A stretch of 64,000 nt of DNA from an uncultured delta proteobacterium. GTDB taxonomy: Bacteria > Desulfobacterota > Syntrophia > Syntrophales > UBA5619. The notes beneath the pieces are model-generated. The model saw nothing but the letters and a program-made list of their open reading frames with translations. It was not told the DNA's origin and made no database searches. The stretch lies in NCBI GenBank assembly GCA_963817385.1, contig CAWFOM010000027.1, forward strand, positions 29,962 to 93,961, read 5' to 3'. Below are positions 9,638 to 19,594 of the stretch, piece after piece (position 1 is the stretch's first letter; each line of letters opens with the position of its first letter). The position numbers were made by a program, and so were the translations under genes.

Positions 9638-10693
9638 GTGTTGAAAATCGGAATCCTGCTCGGGGACGACATCGGACGGGAAGTTGTCCCCGAGTGCGTC
9701 AAGGTGATGAAGGCGGCAGCCGACAAAGCCGGTCTTGATGTTGCGTGGGAGGAGTTGCCCATCGGACGCAGGGGGCATGAGCTGCATGGCCATACCTTGC
9801 CCGCGGTAACGGCGGAAGCGCTCGATAGGCTTGACGGCTGGGTGCTCGGGCCGATCGGCCACAGCGCTTACCCGCGCAACGATCCGACCTGGATCATGCC
9901 GCCGGTGCGCAAGCGCTTCGAACTCTTCGCCAGCATCAAGCCGGTAAAGTCATACCCAAACCTCCGGTCCGTGCACAAAGACGTGGATATCATATTCGTT
10001 CGGGAGGTGAATGAGGGGATGCAGTCATCCATCATCGCGGCGATGGGCGCGGGTGAGTTCCGGCCGAACGATGAAATCACGATCGGTACCCGCGTGATCA
10101 CCCGCAAAGGAGCCAGCCGCGTCGCCCGCGAAGCCTTCGAGATCGCCCGCACGCGGCGCCGCAAAAAGGTGACCGCGGTGCACAAGGAGCCGGTCTTCAG
10201 GCTCGCCTGCGGTATGTTCGCCGAGGAATGCCGCAAGGTGGCGGCCGAGTTTCCGGAGGTGACCTTCGAGGAGGCGATGGTTGACACGGTCGCGATGAAG
10301 CTGGTGATGAACCCGCAACAATACGACGTGGTGGTCACCACGAATATCTTCGGCGATATCCTTACCGACGAAGGGGCCGGTCTGGTTGGCGGGTTGGGGC
10401 TTGCGCCGGGCCTCTGTGCGGGCGAACGCCACGCCATGGCGCAGGCCACGCACGGCTCGGCGCCCGACATCGCGGGGAAGAATATCGCCAATCCGTATGC
10501 GATGATCATGTCGGGGAAAATGCTGTTCGAATGGCTCTCCCGCAAGCGCAAGGAACCAAAAGCGGCGGAGGCGGCCGAACGGATCGACCGGGCAATGGAC
10601 CAGGTGATCGCGGAGGCGAAGGCGCTGACGGCGGATCTTGGCGGCAAGGCCGGCACCACGGAAATGGGCGACGCAATCGCGGCCGCGGTATAA
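9638..10693 (+). CDS. isocitrate/isopropylmalate dehydrogenase family protein with atypical active site
   Basis: [32 protein letters not shown]. Confidence 0.85.
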   Translation: MLKIGILLGDDIGREVVPECVKVMKAAADKAGLDVAWEELPIGRRGHELHGHTLPAVTAEALDRLDGWVLGPIGHSAYPRNDPTWIMPPVRKRFELFASIKPVKSYPNLRSVHKDVDIIFVREVNEGMQSSIIAAMGAGEFRPNDEITIGTRVITRKGASRVAREAFEIARTRRRKKVTAVHKEPVFRLACGMFAEECRKVAAEFPEVTFEEAMVDTVAMKLVMNPQQYDVVVTTNIFGDILTDEGAGLVGGLGLAPGLCAGERHAMAQATHGSAPDIAGKNIANPYAMIMSGKMLFEWLSRKRKEPKAAEAAERIDRAMDQVIAEAKALTADLGGKAGTTEMGDAIAAAV

Positions 10694-10806
10694 CAGCAGG
10701 TCGATGAACTCCGTGCCCGCACCCGGCAGGCGCGAGACGATATACCGATTCCGGACGACACCTGGGAGGCCGTCTGCGACATGGTGGCGGAGACGGCCAA
10801 AAAGCG

Positions 10807-10836
10807 TTTGACAGCTGGTCTGATGAGTATTATGAA
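10807..10836 (+). promoter_or_regulatory. promoter/operator element, copy 2
   Basis: TTTGACAGCTGGTCTGATGAGTATTATGAA, upstream of the second cupin gene. Confidence 0.7.
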
Positions 10837-10959
10837 CGCTCAAAATCACTGCCGGGCATGTGGGAGGAGTAATAGACGCAGACCGATTTAATGAATGAAC
10901 GGGTAATGAAAGCTTCCGGTCCTCTTCGCGGGGGATCGAGAAAAAAGGAGAGCGCACGC

Positions 10960-11367
10960 ATGAAATATTTTTACCGCCTTGACGAGGAAGAGTCGGTCAA
11001 TGTGGGAGGCACCTACAGCACGGCGAAAGGTCCTCTCGTCCAGGGAGAACGCATTCAGGTCAGTCTGGTCCATAAGGCCGCAGGAACCGGTGCGAAACCG
11101 CATACGCATCCGAACGAGCAGTTCAATTACCTGCTTAAGGGGACGCTCAAGGCCATGGTCAACGGCGAGGAACAGCTGGTGACCGCCGGAACGCTCATTC
11201 ATATTCCCGCAAACGCGGTGCATGCCACTGTTGCGACAACCGATGAGGATGTTGTCTTTCTGGCGATGAAGGATATGTCATGGGGTATCGCCGGGACGGC
11301 CGTCGACAAGGATGATCCGGGGCCCTATTATGAACCGGGGTTTGGGCCGGAAAAAGCGGGTAAATAG
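10960..11367 (+). CDS. cupin-domain protein
   Basis: PHTHPNEQ...IHIPANAVH; ATG after AGGAG. Confidence 0.85.
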   Translation: MKYFYRLDEEESVNVGGTYSTAKGPLVQGERIQVSLVHKAAGTGAKPHTHPNEQFNYLLKGTLKAMVNGEEQLVTAGTLIHIPANAVHATVATTDEDVVFLAMKDMSWGIAGTAVDKDDPGPYYEPGFGPEKAGK

Positions 11368-11406
11368 CGGACGTTTTCGGTAGGGGATGCGGGGAGAGGG
11401 GGAATT

Positions 11407-12456
11407 ATGGCAAAAAAAAGATATCGAATCGGGATCATTCCCGGCGACGGCATCGGACGAGATGTCATCAAGGCGGCACGGATCGTTCTGGATGCGATTC
11501 ATGAAACATCGCAGACCTTTGCCCTGGACTTCAAACCCATGGATACGGGTGATGCCGCCGTCCGGAAGTATGGGGCCCCGTTTCCCAAGGAGACGCTCGA
11601 CGGAATCGCCGAAACGGATGCCGTCCTGTTCGGGGCTGCCGGGAATCCCCATACCGTCCAGGTTCTGATGGGATTCCGCATGGGTTTCAATTTGTACGCG
11701 AATGTCCGCCCGATAAGATCGTTGCCGGGATCCAATGCCCTCAAGACGAATGCGGATCTGATCGTCGTTCGGGAGAATACCGAAGGGCTGTACCGGAATG
11801 TTGGGTATATCGACGGTGATTACCACGTCAATCTGCGGGTGTTTACGACGAAGGGAATGGTACGGATCCTCAGGTTCTGTTTTGAACTCGCCCGGAAAGA
11901 GCGGCGCAAGAAGGTCACCTTTACCCATAAGGCCCACGTCCTGACCTATACCGACGAGCCGATGAGGAAGATCTTCTATGAGATGGCCAAGGAATATCCC
12001 GATATTATCGCGGAGGATATGACGATCGATGCCTGCGCCATGCAGGTCGTCATGCACCCCGAGCGATTCGACATCATTTTTGCCGAGAATGCCAACGGGG
12101 ACATCCTGAGCGATGTCGGGGCGGGGGTGATCGGCGGGATGGGGTTTGCGTATGCCGGAAACATCGGCGATTCCATGGGGGTCTTCGAGCCGATCCACGG
12201 AACGGCGCCAAAATACGCGGACAAGAATGTCGTCAATCCAATCGCGGCGATCCTCGCCGGTAAGATGATGTTCGAATATCTTGGAGAAGGGGAAACAGCG
12301 GCGAGGATGGAGAAGGCCATCATCGATGTTTTGGCGGAAGCGAGGGTTCGGACCTATGACCTGGGAGGGCATTCCTCAACCACTGACATGGCCGAGGCGA
12401 TAGCGGAAAAAATGCGGCAGAAAGAAGAGGAGGATAGGGATGCCCGCATTGTTTGA
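11407..12456 (+). CDS. isocitrate/isopropylmalate/tartrate dehydrogenase family protein
   Basis: PGDGIG, YANVRP, RENTEGLY, NGDILSD, EPIHGTAP. Confidence 0.88.
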   Translation: MAKKRYRIGIIPGDGIGRDVIKAARIVLDAIHETSQTFALDFKPMDTGDAAVRKYGAPFPKETLDGIAETDAVLFGAAGNPHTVQVLMGFRMGFNLYANVRPIRSLPGSNALKTNADLIVVRENTEGLYRNVGYIDGDYHVNLRVFTTKGMVRILRFCFELARKERRKKVTFTHKAHVLTYTDEPMRKIFYEMAKEYPDIIAEDMTIDACAMQVVMHPERFDIIFAENANGDILSDVGAGVIGGMGFAYAGNIGDSMGVFEPIHGTAPKYADKNVVNPIAAILAGKMMFEYLGEGETAARMEKAIIDVLAEARVRTYDLGGHSSTTDMAEAIAEKMRQKEEEDRDARIV

Positions 12457-13504
12457 TCCTTTCACCATTCGCGGCGTGACCTTGCGTAACCGTATCGGCG
12501 TGTCACCGATGTGTCAGTACAGTTACCGGGATGGGTTTTCGAACGAATGGCAGCTTGTTCATCTGGGGGCACGGGCGGCGGGCGGTGCAGGATTGATCAT
12601 TACCGAGGCCAGCGCCGTGGAAGCACGCGGCCGAATCACCCCCTATGATGTCGGGCTCTGGTCGGACGCGCATATCGAACCGCTGGCGCGGGTGACGCGT
12701 TTCCTCAAAGAGCGGGGGGCGGTGGCAGGTATCCAGATTGCGCATGCCGGCCGCAAGGCATGTACGGACCGTCCGTGGGACGGAGGCAAGCCGATCCCGC
12801 CCGGCGATCCGCGCGCCTGGCAGGCGGTTGGTCCCAGTTCCCTCCCATTTGCCGAAGGCCACCAGGTGCCGCATGAACTCAGCGCCGATGAAATTCGCGA
12901 AGTCCGGAAGGCGTTTTGTGACGCGGCGGCGCGGGCGCTGGAGGCGGGTTTCGAATGGCTGGAGATCCACGGAGCTCACGGCTACCTGATCCACAGTTTC
13001 TATTCACCGCTTTCCAACCGCCGCACGGACGAATACGGCGGCAGTTTCGATAATCGGATCCGTTTCCTGCTGGAAACCGTCCGCGCCGTTCGGCCGGTCT
13101 GGCCGGAGAGTCTGCCGCTCACGGTGCGCATCTCCGGCACGGATTGGGTTGAAGGCGGCTGGATGGTGGAGGAAGCGGTCCAGTTGGCATCCCGTCTCAA
13201 GCAGGAGGGGGTAGACCTGATCGACTGCTCCGCGGGCGGCAATGTCGCCACTGCCCCGGCGCCTGTCGGGGCAAGCTACCAAGTGCCGATTTCGGAAGCC
13301 ATCCGCCGGGGAGCGGATATCCCGACGGCAACGGTCGGACTGATCACGGAGCCGATGCAGGCCGATGAGATCATCCGCAACAACCGCGCCGACGTGGTTC
13401 TGCTGGGCCGCGCAATGCTGCGCGATCCTCAGTGGGCGCTGCATGCTGCGCAGTCGCTCAAGCAGCCTGCTCCGGTGCCGTCCCAGTATCTCCGGGCGTT
13501 TTAG
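12440..13504 (+). CDS. NADH:flavin oxidoreductase (old yellow enzyme, YqjM/NamA-like)
   Basis: NRIGVSPMCQYS, QIAHAGRKA, EIHGAHGYL, RTDEYGGSFDNR. Confidence 0.92.
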   Translation: MPALFDPFTIRGVTLRNRIGVSPMCQYSYRDGFSNEWQLVHLGARAAGGAGLIITEASAVEARGRITPYDVGLWSDAHIEPLARVTRFLKERGAVAGIQIAHAGRKACTDRPWDGGKPIPPGDPRAWQAVGPSSLPFAEGHQVPHELSADEIREVRKAFCDAAARALEAGFEWLEIHGAHGYLIHSFYSPLSNRRTDEYGGSFDNRIRFLLETVRAVRPVWPESLPLTVRISGTDWVEGGWMVEEAVQLASRLKQEGVDLIDCSAGGNVATAPAPVGASYQVPISEAIRRGADIPTATVGLITEPMQADEIIRNNRADVVLLGRAMLRDPQWALHAAQSLKQPAPVPSQYLRAF

Positions 13505-13553
13505 GCTGTTAGGTTACCAGACTGGGCAAGCAAAACGAAGGGAGGATGGACAC

Positions 13554-14567
13554 ATGAACCAGAACGGGTGTGCTTTTTCCACGAAGGTCGTTACATTTCT
13601 TCTGAGCGTTCTTTTTGTGCTCTGCTCTGCGGAAGGGGTCTTTTCCCAGGAGTACCCGACCAAGGCGGTCACCATGGTGTGCGGCATGGATCCCGGAGGG
13701 GTGGTCGACGTGGCTACCCGGGTTCTCGCCGACAACACCAAGAAGATTCTCGGGCAGGATATCCTGGTGGAGAATAAACCCGGGGCAAGTCACATGGTGG
13801 CGGCCAGTTATGTCGTCAAATCCAAGCCGGACGGCTATACCCTCTTCCCCTCAACCGACGCCCCGTTTGTGCGCGTTCCCCACATGATGAACCTGCAATT
13901 CGACCCCATTTCCGAAACGACGCCGATCATCTTTTTCGGAATCTTCACCCACTTCATCGTTGTTTCAGCGGACAGCCCCTTTAAGACCCTGAAGGATATG
14001 CTCATCTATGCCAAACAGAACCCCGATAAACTAACGTTTGGAAATCCCGGACACGGGACCGTGCCTCACCTGACCATGGCGGGAATGGCGCTGGAAACGG
14101 GATTGAAATTTTCCCATATCCCCTTTGCCGGTGAGAACAAGGAGATAGCCGCGCTGCTGGGAGGCCATCTGATGGCCGCCGGGATCGCCATTGAATCGTG
14201 CATCTCCCAGGTACAGGCGGGAAAGCTCCGGGCGCTGGCGGTACTGCAGGGTGATAATCGGCTTTCGGCCTTCCCCGATATCCCGACCCTGAAAGAGGTG
14301 GCAAAGGATTTCGGTATGAAATCGAGCGTGATCTACCCCGGGTTGATGATCTCCGGCCCGAAGGGTCTGCCCGACCCCGTCGTCAAGAAGCTTGTCACCG
14401 CCTTCGACGCGGGCCGCAAAACCCCCGGTTTCCAGAAGTATGCCACACAGGGGTATATTTTCCAGGATAACATGCCCGTTATCGGCCAGGCGCTCAAGGA
14501 CCACCTTGTCAAGGCATTCAAAGAGACGGGAGCCTTGATCCAGGCCCTTGAGATAAAGAAGAAGTAG
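13554..14567 (+). CDS. tctC: tripartite tricarboxylate transporter substrate-binding protein TctC/Bug
   Basis: Signal peptide, YPTKAV..PGGVVD, VENKPGA, PDGYTL, FPDIPTLKE. Confidence 0.9.
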   Translation: MNQNGCAFSTKVVTFLLSVLFVLCSAEGVFSQEYPTKAVTMVCGMDPGGVVDVATRVLADNTKKILGQDILVENKPGASHMVAASYVVKSKPDGYTLFPSTDAPFVRVPHMMNLQFDPISETTPIIFFGIFTHFIVVSADSPFKTLKDMLIYAKQNPDKLTFGNPGHGTVPHLTMAGMALETGLKFSHIPFAGENKEIAALLGGHLMAAGIAIESCISQVQAGKLRALAVLQGDNRLSAFPDIPTLKEVAKDFGMKSSVIYPGLMISGPKGLPDPVVKKLVTAFDAGRKTPGFQKYATQGYIFQDNMPVIGQALKDHLVKAFKETGALIQALEIKKK

Positions 14568-14607
14568 AAGGAGAAGGAGAGCGAGAGCGATGCTGAGACG
14601 AGGCTGG

Positions 14608-15066
14608 ATGGCCCGCAAGGGGGCGGACTTTTGGACGGCCCTCGTTCTGATGATTTTTTCCGGAACGGTCATCCGTGGGGCGCTGAATCTCGATGTCGGT
14701 ACGCCGGCCAATCCGGGGTCCGGGTTCATGATCTTCGGCACCGCTGTCGTGCTCGGGGTGATGGCCTCCGTGCAGTGTGCCAAATCGCTCCGTACCCCGG
14801 ATCAAGAGACGGGGGAGCTGCGGGAGAAGATCCATCTCTGGCGGATAGTCTCCGTCATCGCAGCCAATGCCATCTACATCGCTCTCCTCGATCGGGTCGG
14901 GTATATCATCAGTACGTTTATTCTCCTGTGCTTTCTGCTGCAGGTCTATGAAAAAGGCAGGTGGGCTCGGGCTGTGGCGGGCGCTGCCGCAACCTCGGTT
15001 TTAACGTATCTGACCTTTGCGAAGTTGTTGCAGTTGAATCTTCCCAAAGGGTTGATCCCTTTTTGA
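14608..15066 (+). CDS. tctB: TctB family protein
   Basis: PGSGFM motif, four TM segments, LNLPKG end; lies between tctC and tctA. Start could be 14590. Confidence 0.8.
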   Translation: MARKGADFWTALVLMIFSGTVIRGALNLDVGTPANPGSGFMIFGTAVVLGVMASVQCAKSLRTPDQETGELREKIHLWRIVSVIAANAIYIALLDRVGYIISTFILLCFLLQVYEKGRWARAVAGAAATSVLTYLTFAKLLQLNLPKGLIPF

Positions 15067-15147
15067 TGGGGAATCAGGGACAGTGTCATCTTCATGGCGG
15101 GAGCGGCGAGGTGATACGCCGGGAGCGGCATTCGGAAAAGAGCGATT

Positions 15148-16644
15148 ATGTGGACGGATATACTCTACGGTTTCCAGGTGGCAACAAACCCGATGAACCT
15201 CCTCTTCTGTTTTGTGGGAGTGTTTCTCGGGACGCTCATGGGCGTCCTCCCCGGGATCGGGCCGGCTGGGGCGATGGCGATTCTCCTCCCCATCAGCCTG
15301 CAGATAACCCCTGTCGGTTCGATCATCATGCTGGCGGGGATCTATTACGGATCGATGTATGGCGGCTCAACCACGTCGATCCTTGTCTCCATCCCCGGGG
15401 AACCGGCCAGTGTCATGACCTGCGTGGACGGTTACCAGATGGCCTTGAAGGGAAAGGCGGGGCCGGCACTGGGTATCGCCGCTTTTGGTTCCTTCACTGC
15501 CGGGACGTTCAGTGTCGTCTGCCTGATGTTCCTCGCCGGTCCCCTGGCCACGGCCGCCTTGAAATTCGGCCCCCCGGAGTTTTTTTCCCTTGTGCTGATG
15601 GGGCTTACCCTGGCCACCTACCTTTCCCGGAGAGCCCCGGAAAAGGCCTTCATGTCGGCGCTGATCGGGCTGCTTTTCTCCTGGGTGGGTATTGACTTGG
15701 TGAACGGTACGTCCCGTTTCACGTTCGGCCTGCTTGAACTGAGTGACGGGGTCGGCGTCATTCCCCTGGTCATGGGTCTGTTCGGGATATCGGAGGTCCT
15801 GCTCGAACTGGAGAAAAATGATTACGGTTACATTACCCAGACAAAGATCGGGAATCTCCTGCCGAACCGGGAGGAGTGGCGGCAAAGCGCGTGGCCGATT
15901 GCCCGGGGGTCCGTGCTGGGCTTCTTCCTGGGAATCCTGCCGGGGGGCGGGGGGATCATCGCGAATTTCATGTCCTACATCATGGAGAAACGCCTCTCCA
16001 AGCACCCCGAGCGATTCGGGTCGGGAGAGATCGCCGGAGTGGCGGGACCGGAAGCGGCCAATAATGCCGCGGCCGGAGGGGCTCTCATCCCTCTTCTTTC
16101 CCTGGGGATACCGATGAACGCAACCGTTGCCCTTCTGTTTGCAGCCCTCATGATCCACGGGGTCCGGCCGGGACCGATGCTCATCGCCGAGCACCCCGAG
16201 GTCTTCTGGGGAATTGTGGCCTCCATGTATATCGGCAACGTGATGCTGCTCATCCTCAACCTGCCGCTGATCGGGATATGGGTCAAAGTCCTGAAGATCC
16301 CGTACCGGATTATCTTCCCGATGATCGTCCTTTTTTGCATCATCGGCGTATACGCAATCAACCGCTCCATACTGGATCTGGCTTTGATGCTGGGGTTCGG
16401 CGTTTTGGGATACCTGATGCGGAAGTTCGATTTCGACCCGGCCCCCCTCTGCCTGGCCTTCATTCTGGGGCCGCTCCTCGAGGTCGCCATGCGCCAGGCG
16501 CTGCTCCTCTCCCAAGGGAACTTCATGATCTTTTTCACCCGACCTCTTTCCGCTGTCTGTCTGGGAATTGCCGTTGCACTGCTGTTGACGAACCTGATCT
16601 CGTTCAGGAAGAGTAACAAGGCGAAGTCCGGGGAGCACGTATGA
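15148..16644 (+). CDS. tctA: TctA transporter permease
   Basis: GVLPGIG, YGSMYGGS, GPEAANNA; paralog of 8095-9591. Confidence 0.92.
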   Translation: MWTDILYGFQVATNPMNLLFCFVGVFLGTLMGVLPGIGPAGAMAILLPISLQITPVGSIIMLAGIYYGSMYGGSTTSILVSIPGEPASVMTCVDGYQMALKGKAGPALGIAAFGSFTAGTFSVVCLMFLAGPLATAALKFGPPEFFSLVLMGLTLATYLSRRAPEKAFMSALIGLLFSWVGIDLVNGTSRFTFGLLELSDGVGVIPLVMGLFGISEVLLELEKNDYGYITQTKIGNLLPNREEWRQSAWPIARGSVLGFFLGILPGGGGIIANFMSYIMEKRLSKHPERFGSGEIAGVAGPEAANNAAAGGALIPLLSLGIPMNATVALLFAALMIHGVRPGPMLIAEHPEVFWGIVASMYIGNVMLLILNLPLIGIWVKVLKIPYRIIFPMIVLFCIIGVYAINRSILDLALMLGFGVLGYLMRKFDFDPAPLCLAFILGPLLEVAMRQALLLSQGNFMIFFTRPLSAVCLGIAVALLLTNLISFRKSNKAKSGEHV

Positions 16645-17468
16645 GAAGCGAAATACGATTATCCAAGATCTCCACCGCGGATGCCGTCGTCAACTATTTG
16701 AAGCAGCAGATTGAAGACGGCCTGCTGAAGCCCGGAGAAAAACTGCCCAGTGAAAGGCTGCTGCAGCAGAAGCTTGCGGTCAGCCGTTTTACGCTGCGGG
16801 AATCTCTGGCCAGACTCAGTGGGCTCGGCATCATCAAGACGATCCACGGCAAGGGGACAATCGTTGCCCGGGAAGTGAACAGCTCCACCCTGGCGGATGT
16901 TTTCATCCCGCTATTTGCCAATCAGAGCATCAAGGACGTCATCGACTTCTTTGAGGCCCGCGTGCTCATCGAAAGCGAAGCGGCGGTGTTGAGCGCCAGA
17001 CGCAGATCGGATGAAGATTTGCGACGGTTTGAGGGAATTCTTGCGGATAGCAGGAAGTTCCTCGATGACCCGGACCGGTATGGGGAGCTCGATTTTCTGT
17101 TTCACATGCAGATTGCTCAATCTTCGGGGAACGTATTTATTCAAAACATGGTGGGCTGTTTCAATGAATATACGAAGCGCTACATGCAGGTCGTTGCCAA
17201 CGCGGCGATAAACCGTAACGCGTCGATCGTAGCGCATGAAGAGATTTATGAGTGTATCAAGAACAAGGACACGAGCAAGGCGGGCATTGTTACGAGAAAG
17301 CATTTAAGCCGGATGTTGGCAATTATGAGACAAGTACAGGCGGAACAAAAAATTGCCGACAACGGCGGAGGATTGACGAGCGTCCTGGATTTGCTGAGAC
17401 AGAAGGAAGGTTTCCTCCCGCAGAGTTCAACGAGAAAAAAAGGGGAGCTACCGCGGATTAAGAAATGA
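16641..17468 (+). CDS. GntR family (FadR/FCD) transcriptional regulator
   Basis: LKPGEKLPSER...VSRFTLRE winged HTH; FCD motif DFLFHMQIA. Confidence 0.9.
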   Translation: MRSEIRLSKISTADAVVNYLKQQIEDGLLKPGEKLPSERLLQQKLAVSRFTLRESLARLSGLGIIKTIHGKGTIVAREVNSSTLADVFIPLFANQSIKDVIDFFEARVLIESEAAVLSARRRSDEDLRRFEGILADSRKFLDDPDRYGELDFLFHMQIAQSSGNVFIQNMVGCFNEYTKRYMQVVANAAINRNASIVAHEEIYECIKNKDTSKAGIVTRKHLSRMLAIMRQVQAEQKIADNGGGLTSVLDLLRQKEGFLPQSSTRKKGELPRIKK

Positions 17469-17496
17469 TGATTCACTCAGAGAAAGGAGAATAGCC

Positions 17497-17931
17497 ATGA
17501 AGACGTTGACACTATCGGCTGCGTGCTGCATCGCGGACAAGGCCCTGGAAAAGGGACGGGAACTGAACTTGGCGCCGTTGACCGTCGTGGTCCTTGACGC
17601 CGGGGGATATCCCAAAGTGGTGAAACGTGAAGACGGATCCAGCCTGCTTCGCCCGGAGATAGCCATGGGAAAGGCGTGGGGAACCCTGGGCATGGGGTTT
17701 GGCGGTCGTGATCTCGCAAGGCGGGCTGCAAAAGCACCTGCATTTTTTAATGCTCTTTCCGATATGTCCGGTGGCCGCATGGTCCCCGTGCCGGGTGGCG
17801 TACTTATCCGGTCGGAGTCGGGTGACATTCTCGGGGCTGTTGGCATCACGGGGGATAAGTCGGAAAACGATGAAACCTGTGCGGTCCACGGCATCCGCTC
17901 CGCGGGTCTGACGCCGGATACGGGTGATTAG
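17497..17931 (+). CDS. GlcG/HbpS family haem-binding protein
   Basis: VVVLDAGG, IAMGKAW, PGGVLI, GAVGITG..DE.CA. Confidence 0.88.
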   Translation: MKTLTLSAACCIADKALEKGRELNLAPLTVVVLDAGGYPKVVKREDGSSLLRPEIAMGKAWGTLGMGFGGRDLARRAAKAPAFFNALSDMSGGRMVPVPGGVLIRSESGDILGAVGITGDKSENDETCAVHGIRSAGLTPDTGD

Positions 17932-18127
17932 TCTGGGCATGGAGTCAAGGCCCCGTCGGCAGCGGCAGAAAAAATGAATGAGGTAGTCGGGAAACCTTTG
18001 GTGTAATAGGAGTAAGGGAATATTTTCTTGACATAGAAAAACTCTCCTGTAATACAAGTTGTCTATGATCAAACCAAAGGTTTGGGTAATTTAAATTTTT
18101 TCAAAATAGTAAGGAGGTAGATGACAA

Positions 18128-19459
18128 ATGCAGTACGGACAATATACCGTGGATTACGAACAGCGCCCCTACAACCCGGAGCGCATGCGGAAAGAGCGGT
18201 GGGCGAAAGCTCAGGCTGGGATGAAAAAGTGGGGCCTGGGCGCGATGATTTTGTACGATTACGACTATCACCGCTACATGGGCTATTACACCTTCCACCA
18301 GTATGCCCGCCGCCGTCTGGGCACCTATGTCCTCGTCGTTCAAGGCGAGGAGATCCCCTATGTGAATACCGACAAGTATCCGAATTCCTGGGAAGAGCTC
18401 CGCATGCCCTGGTTCAAGGACCATTATGTCTTGAAGTCGTCCCGGCCTTACCAGTTGTGCAACGGGTTGCCCGAACACCCCAAGTACATGGCTGAATCCT
18501 TCCAGCGAAACGTCGACGACATCGTGCCCCTGCTGAAGAAGCACGGCGTCGCCGACATGCCGATCGGCATCGACGTCGTCAGCCCCACCATGATGGACGT
18601 CCTCACCAAGGGCGGCATCAAGATCGTCGACGGCAACAACTGCATGGTCGACATCATCACCGAAAAAACCGAGGACGAGCTCTTCTGCCTGCGCATGGCC
18701 GGCGCCATCACCGAGGCGGCCCACTGGGATGTCTGCCGCGCCCTGCGCCCCGGCATGACGGAGCTGGAGATCGCCGGCATCGCCGCCAACAGCTGCTTCA
18801 AGCACGGCGCCGAAGAGCTCGAGGGACCCAGCTTCGTGGTCTGCACCGGTGAGCGCTCCGGTTACGGCGTGCCCGCCATGCCCACCGACCGGCGAGTCCG
18901 GCCGGGCGACTTCGTCGTCATCGACATCAACGGCGTGAGCTTCAACGGGTACCGGACCTGCTACTACCGGACCTACCTCTGCGGCGACAAGCCCACCCAG
19001 TTCCAGAAAGAGGTTTACAAGGCCGCATATGACGGCCTGATGGCCATGCAGAGTGTCGTCAAGGTGGGCAACACGACGAAGGATGTCCAGACGGAATGGC
19101 TGAAGCTGGGCGACTTCCCCGGCGGTTGGGGCCGCGAGCACAAGTTCCCCGAGCCGGGCCGCTACTACTTCGGCTCCGGCGGCCATCCCATCGGCATGCG
19201 TTCCGGCGACCCCGGCTACACGCTCCTCGGCGCCGGCGAGATCTTCGGCAACTTCCCCGGCGGTTCGATCAAGAAGAACTACACCTTCGCCGTCGAGGTC
19301 TGCTGCGCGACCTGGGACGGGACGAAGTGGATGAAGGACGGCGTGAAAATAGAGAACAGCGGTTTCATCAATCAGGACGGCATCTGGGAGTCCTTCTATC
19401 GGTTCCCTGCGAAGGACATCATCGTCTGCGGATTGCCTGGCGAATACTACCCTACTTAA
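18128..19459 (+). CDS. M24 (Xaa-Pro peptidase/creatinase fold) protein with variant metal site
   Basis: KTEDE, RPGMTELEI, GDFVVID, GHPIG, FAVE, GVKIEN. Confidence 0.8.
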   Translation: MQYGQYTVDYEQRPYNPERMRKERWAKAQAGMKKWGLGAMILYDYDYHRYMGYYTFHQYARRRLGTYVLVVQGEEIPYVNTDKYPNSWEELRMPWFKDHYVLKSSRPYQLCNGLPEHPKYMAESFQRNVDDIVPLLKKHGVADMPIGIDVVSPTMMDVLTKGGIKIVDGNNCMVDIITEKTEDELFCLRMAGAITEAAHWDVCRALRPGMTELEIAGIAANSCFKHGAEELEGPSFVVCTGERSGYGVPAMPTDRRVRPGDFVVIDINGVSFNGYRTCYYRTYLCGDKPTQFQKEVYKAAYDGLMAMQSVVKVGNTTKDVQTEWLKLGDFPGGWGREHKFPEPGRYYFGSGGHPIGMRSGDPGYTLLGAGEIFGNFPGGSIKKNYTFAVEVCCATWDGTKWMKDGVKIENSGFINQDGIWESFYRFPAKDIIVCGLPGEYYPT

Positions 19460-19468
19460 GTAAGACAT

Positions 19469-19506
19469 AAAAGCCCTCACCCCTGATTATAGGGGTGAGG
19501 GCTTTT
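19469..19506. terminator. bidirectional-type intrinsic terminator
   Basis: AAAAGCCCTCACCCCT-gattat-AGGGGTGAGGGCTTTT perfect inverted repeat. Confidence 0.85.
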
Positions 19507-19594
19507 ACCCCCCGGGTGCATCATTCGTCAAAATGGCGTTAAGCGGAGATCGATACGCTCCGGTTGTATCCACAAAGCAAAAAAGGAGAGTCGT

